Source: an uncultured Alphaproteobacteria bacterium (GTDB taxonomy: Bacteria > Pseudomonadota > Alphaproteobacteria > HIMB59 > GCA-002718135). Taken from it: DNA of 40,973 nucleotides. The position numbers and the translations under genes were made by a program. Location of the stretch: the NCBI GenBank assembly GCA_902535885.1, contig CACAVG010000002.1, positions 1 through 40,973 on the forward strand. Direction: 5' to 3'. Below, in pieces: positions 37,568 to 40,973 of the stretch; within the stretch, counting starts at the first letter, position 1; every line of letters begins with the position of its first letter. Under the pieces are notes generated by a model, which worked only from the letters and a program-made list of their open reading frames with translations, did no database searches and had not been told where the DNA came from.

Positions 37568-38026
37568 TTATTTATCGATTATCCAAACAGTTCCATCTGG
37601 TTTAATAACACCTTTTGTTAAAATAAAATTACAGTAAGGTCGTCTTTCACTTGTCGTAATATATGCATAGGTTGACCTTGATTGCTTATAAAATTCTTGT
37701 CTTTCGTATGAACCAATTTTCCAATGATCTCCTGATACCTCTTTAATTGCATCAATTACTTCTTTATTCGCATCATTAATTTCATCTGGTTGACTATCAA
37801 CTTCCATTCGGTGAACAGCTGAGTCTACGAAACTATCCAATGGAAAAACAGATAAAACAGCTCTTATGACAGTTGTCATATCAAGGCCGTCTAACCGGTG
37901 TACTCTGTTATGATTAGAGTGAGCAGGATAATTAATATCGGATATAACAAGTCTATCACCATGACCCATTTCACGTAATGTTTTTAATATATCAGGACTT
38001 AAAATAGGATCGACGTTAATTAACAT
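37568..38026 (-). CDS. RbsD/FucU-family sugar mutarotase/pyranase
   Basis: ILSPDILKTLREMGHGDRLVISDINYPAHS matches E. coli FucU [30 protein letters not shown]. C-terminal YCNFILTKGVI versus YGNILLKKGV. Confidence 0.85.
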   Translation of the reverse strand: MLINVDPILSPDILKTLREMGHGDRLVISDINYPAHSNHNRVHRLDGLDMTTVIRAVLSVFPLDSFVDSAVHRMEVDSQPDEINDANKEVIDAIKEVSGDHWKIGSYERQEFYKQSRSTYAYITTSERRPYCNFILTKGVIKPDGTVWIIDK

Positions 38027-38038
38027 ATTTTTAGTATA

Positions 38039-40399
38039 TCACTCTCCGTAGGGGATCCAAATATTTTTTACTTGTGTACTTTGATATAAAAACTCTTCTA
38101 AGAAATCTTCTTCTTTGGAAGACCAATCAAGATTTTTAGATTGTGGGCACCAACTTCTCTTTAAATTTGAAGTTGTACTTTGAATAACCTTCAAACGCTC
38201 ATTATTATTTTCACTAAAATACCAAATACCATCAATATTTTCATGTTCAGCTAAGATTTTATTCAAACTATTTTGTTTAGTTGTAAGGATATTAATATAC
38301 CCTGCTGGAACATCAGAGGTTTCAAGTAGTTGATATAATTCTGTTGCTAAGAGAGAAGTGTTTTGACCTGGAATAATAATACTAGCATTACCTGCAGCAA
38401 AATTTGCTCCTAATGTAGTAATTAAACTTAATAGTGGAAAATCATTATTTAAAATATTTGCAACAACACCTATAGGCTCTTTAACAGCTAGTGTTAATCC
38501 TCTTATAGGAGGGTTATGTATAGAGCCTTCGAACTTATCAGCCATAGCACCGTAATAAAATAATCTTTCAATTGAATGATCAAATTCCTTTTCCGCATCT
38601 TTTTGAGAAATACCTATTAAAGATGATAGTAAACTAGAAAAGGTATTTTTTCGGTCTTGTAAATTTTCAGCTAAGTAATAAAGAATTTGGGCTCTATTAA
38701 AGTTAGTAGAAGATTTGCTAACTGCTTTAGATGCAACCTCGACTGTATCTCTTACATCTTTGCGATTTGCGTTTGGAACATCACAAATAAAATTATTATT
38801 AGCATCATAAGAAGAAAAGGAATAACCACTATCAGGTCTTTTTTGTTTACCACCAATATATAATTTTGGAGTTCTATCGATAGAATTAGATGTTTGACTT
38901 TTAGATAATTTCTTTCCTCTTTTAGACTTTGAAAGAGGAAGTGGTAATTTTGAATATGCTCTAATACCTTCTGAGCCACCTTCTCTTCCAAAACCACTTT
39001 CTTTGTATCCCCCAAAACCACACGCAGCATCAAATAAGTTTGTAGAATTTATCCAGATGACTCCAGCTTTTACTTTTGGGGCAATATCTAAGGCTAAGTT
39101 AATATTTTCAGACCAAATACTTGCCGCGAGTCCGTATGGCGTATTATTTGCAATGGATACAGCTTCACTAGGCGTTCTAAATGTCATTGTTGTTAAAACT
39201 GGCCCAAATATTTCTACTTGAGCAATAAAAGATGACGGTGTTACATTTGTAAATAAAGATGGAGGATAAAATAAACCATTTGTTGGACATGACCATGAGG
39301 GTTGCCATAATTTATTTCCATCCTTTTGTGCTTTATTTACTAAAGAATTAATTTTTTTAAGTTGAATAGGAGCTACTATAGCTCCAATATCTATAGACTT
39401 ATCTAATGGATCACCAACACGAAGTTTTTCCATTCTTTTCTTAAGTTTTTGGATAAATTTTTTCTCAATACTTTCTTGTACTAAGAGTCTTGATCCCGCA
39501 CAACATACCTGACCTTGGTTAAACCAAATCGCATCAACGACACCTTCTATGGCGCTATCTAAATCAGCATCTTCAAAAACAATAAAAGGTGATTTGCCCC
39601 CAAGTTCCATTGTCATTTTTTTATCTGGATTAGTATTTGTTTGAATTATTTTCTTTCCAACTTCAGTTGATCCAGTAAAGGCAATTTTTTTAATATCTTT
39701 ATGCGATGTAATATATTCTCCAGTAGAACCATCTCCTGTAATAATATTTATTACACCTTGTGGAATTTTAGCTTTTTCACAAAGTTCTGCAAAATAAAGA
39801 GCGCTTAGAGAGGTATACTCTGCAGGTTTTAACACAACTGTATTTCCAAGAGCAATTGCGGGGGCTATTTTCCATGCTAACATTAATAAAGGAAAGTTCC
39901 ACGGTATAATTTGCCCAACAACACCAATAGAGTCATCAGAGTTGTTTGTATTCCTAGCAGCCCACCCAGCATGATAATAAAAATGTCTAGCTACAAGTGG
40001 AATGTCTATATCCCTTGTTTCTCTTATAGGCTTACCATTATCAATGGTCTCTAAAACAGAAATAAACCTAGAATTTTTCTGTATTAGACGTGCGAGAGCA
40101 TATAAATATTTTGATCGATCAAAAGATGAAAGTTTTGACCATTTGATATGAGCTTTTTTAGCAGCACTCACTGCAGTATTTACATCTTTTTTCGAAGCAA
40201 CAGACAATGTTGCTATTTTTTTATTTGTAGAAGGGTTAATTATATTTAATTTTTTTGAGCTAGACGATTTTAAAAATTTACCATTAATAAAATGATTATT
40301 TGGATTTTTTAAATTTTTTATCCAACTGTTAACTTCTTTGCTGTCTTCTGGTGCTGGTCCATAAGATATATTTTGAAAATTTTTAATAACTTTATCCAT
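38039..40399 (-). CDS. Two-repeat aldehyde dehydrogenase: complete catalytic ALDH (aa ~1-490) + truncated ALDH-like repeat (aa ~505-786)
   Basis: The N-terminal repeat has IIPWNFPLLM, FTGSTEVGK, ELGGKSP (general-base Glu), GQVCCAGSR (catalytic Cys) and EIFGPV. The C-terminal repeat aligns to the ALDH N-terminal/NAD-binding half (LYIGGK..., EPIGVVANILNNDFPLLS, AAGNASIIIPG, NLKR) and then ends. Confidence 0.85.
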   Translation of the reverse strand: MDKVIKNFQNISYGPAPEDSKEVNSWIKNLKNPNNHFINGKFLKSSSSKKLNIINPSTNKKIATLSVASKKDVNTAVSAAKKAHIKWSKLSSFDRSKYLYALARLIQKNSRFISVLETIDNGKPIRETRDIDIPLVARHFYYHAGWAARNTNNSDDSIGVVGQIIPWNFPLLMLAWKIAPAIALGNTVVLKPAEYTSLSALYFAELCEKAKIPQGVINIITGDGSTGEYITSHKDIKKIAFTGSTEVGKKIIQTNTNPDKKMTMELGGKSPFIVFEDADLDSAIEGVVDAIWFNQGQVCCAGSRLLVQESIEKKFIQKLKKRMEKLRVGDPLDKSIDIGAIVAPIQLKKINSLVNKAQKDGNKLWQPSWSCPTNGLFYPPSLFTNVTPSSFIAQVEIFGPVLTTMTFRTPSEAVSIANNTPYGLAASIWSENINLALDIAPKVKAGVIWINSTNLFDAACGFGGYKESGFGREGGSEGIRAYSKLPLPLSKSKRGKKLSKSQTSNSIDRTPKLYIGGKQKRPDSGYSFSSYDANNNFICDVPNANRKDVRDTVEVASKAVSKSSTNFNRAQILYYLAENLQDRKNTFSSLLSSLIGISQKDAEKEFDHSIERLFYYGAMADKFEGSIHNPPIRGLTLAVKEPIGVVANILNNDFPLLSLITTLGANFAAGNASIIIPGQNTSLLATELYQLLETSDVPAGYINILTTKQNSLNKILAEHENIDGIWYFSENNNERLKVIQSTTSNLKRSWCPQSKNLDWSSKEEDFLEEFLYQSTQVKNIWIPYGE

Positions 40400-40400
40400 A

Positions 40401-40973
40401 TTATCCTATTGCAAGTTTCTCTTTATTTGCATACCTGCCACTAGTGTAGTGATAGAGTTGTCTTTCTATATCAATTAATAAACTAGAAGCACCAATTCGC
40501 AATAATTTAGGATTAACCCATTCAAATCCTAGCTCTTCAGCAACCAATATTAAAAATTCTAAAACAGATTTTGCAGTTGATATTCCACCTGCAGGTTTAA
40601 AGCCAATTTTTTTTCCAGTTTTTGAATGAAAATCTCTAATCATTCTCAACATAACAAGACTATTATTTAAGTTAGCATTTATACTTTCTTTTCCTGTTGA
40701 TGTTTTAATAAAATCAGCACCAGCCATCATACAAACTAAAGATGCTTTTGCTACATTTCGAAGAGTCTCAAGATCACCAACACCAAGAATTGCTTTTATT
40801 TTTGTTTTACCTGCAGTTTCTTTAAAACTGCGAACCTCATCATATAATTTTTTCCAATTATTTTGGAGAACATATCCTCTATTGATAACAATATCAATTT
40901 CATCTGCACCATCTTTAATAGAGTCAGAAATTTCTTTTTTTCTAGTCGTATAAGATGATAAACCTGCAGGAAA
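40401..40973 (-). CDS. deoC: Deoxyribose-phosphate aldolase; the 5' end runs off the window
   Basis: The minus-strand frame is open to the window edge: ...GADEIDIVINRG...KAILGVGDL...AGADFIKTSTGK (Schiff-base Lys)...FKPAGGI...RIGASS. The track lists only the internal-Met fragment 40401..40730. Confidence 0.88.
   Translation of the reverse strand, partial: FPAGLSSYTTRKKEISDSIKDGADEIDIVINRGYVLQNNWKKLYDEVRSFKETAGKTKIKAILGVGDLETLRNVAKASLVCMMAGADFIKTSTGKESINANLNNSLVMLRMIRDFHSKTGKKIGFKPAGGISTAKSVLEFLILVAEELGFEWVNPKLLRIGASSLLIDIERQLYHYTSGRYANKEKLAIG

Noticed and set aside
3876-39221. Antisense or overlapping track ORFs: 3876..4076, 5827..6033, 6171..6428, 8913..9131, 10185..10496, 11087..11284, 12286..12489, 14889..15131, 19493..19741, 21340..21576, 23651..23860, 27965..28234, 34212..34457, 37420..37605, 38752..39033, 39003..39221.
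   Set aside because: Each lies wholly or mostly inside a well-supported conserved gene on the opposite strand or in another frame. Each has low-complexity Leu/Phe/Ile/Ser-rich translations typical of shadow ORFs in AT-rich DNA, and none has a recognisable motif.
1-40973. CRISPR arrays, transposases or IS elements, integrases, prophage genes, toxin-antitoxin pairs, restriction-modification or other defence systems, riboswitches and long repeats.
   Set aside because: I scanned both strands and all intergenic gaps; the largest are 175, 155, 114 and 109 nt. No repeat-spacer periodicity, no terminal inverted repeats and no relevant protein motifs were seen. No intergenic segment is long or GC-structured enough for a recognisable riboswitch.

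Overview
This is a very AT-rich, extremely gene-dense window. Its content points to a streamlined marine alphaproteobacterium, probably SAR11/Pelagibacterales-like: an NDUFA12-like + DUF2155 pair, a divergent PBP1A/RNase E pair, a suf-only Fe-S operon, Lys/Asn/Ile-rich proteins, and many TAATG/ATGA start-stop junctions. I can support 44 protein-coding genes and one tRNA. Three of the genes are small ORFs below the track's length cutoff, and two run off the window edges. There are no rRNA genes, CRISPR arrays, transposases, integrases or recognisable defence, toxin or phage genes.

Gene order:
- A partial SpsF-like cytidylyltransferase fused to a class-III aminotransferase, then tRNA-Met(CAT).
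- mnmA-sufBCDS-sufT-sufA, an alpha/beta hydrolase and tyrS.
- prfB, which is complete through a programmed +1 frameshift and not truncated as the ORF track suggests.
- PBP1A, rne, an M48 protease, long-form dCTP deaminase, aroQ-accB-accC and aat.
- DUF2155, NDUFA12-like, pyrC, a GT9 glycosyltransferase, ygfZ, an MFS transporter and alpha2-type glyQS.
- An S49 peptidase with a coupled 53-aa membrane ORF, ispB, a cupin + unknown helical protein pair, and rpe-LysR.
- A 27-codon extremely basic ORF, an SbmA/BacA-like transporter and FxsA.
- One long minus-strand run: deoC, a two-repeat aldehyde dehydrogenase, a FucU/RbsD mutarotase, a ribokinase-family kinase, a small 2-TM ORF, exonuclease I, uppP and a DapA-family aldolase.

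I did not find a convincing multi-gene novel system of the defence-island type. Most of the window is housekeeping. The best leads:
1. The unannotated hyper-cationic mini-ORF immediately upstream of the SbmA/BacA-like cationic-peptide importer.
2. An RF2 frameshift cassette that uses GUU_UGA_C instead of the canonical CUU_UGA_C.
3. A compositionally atypical predicted deoxyribose/ribose catabolic module containing a 786-aa ALDH with a truncated, apparently non-catalytic second ALDH repeat.
4. A 50-nt same-strand dual-coding overlap between NDUFA12-like and DUF2155.
5. Two unlisted small membrane ORFs.

All functional calls come from reading the translations for family motifs. No database search was possible.
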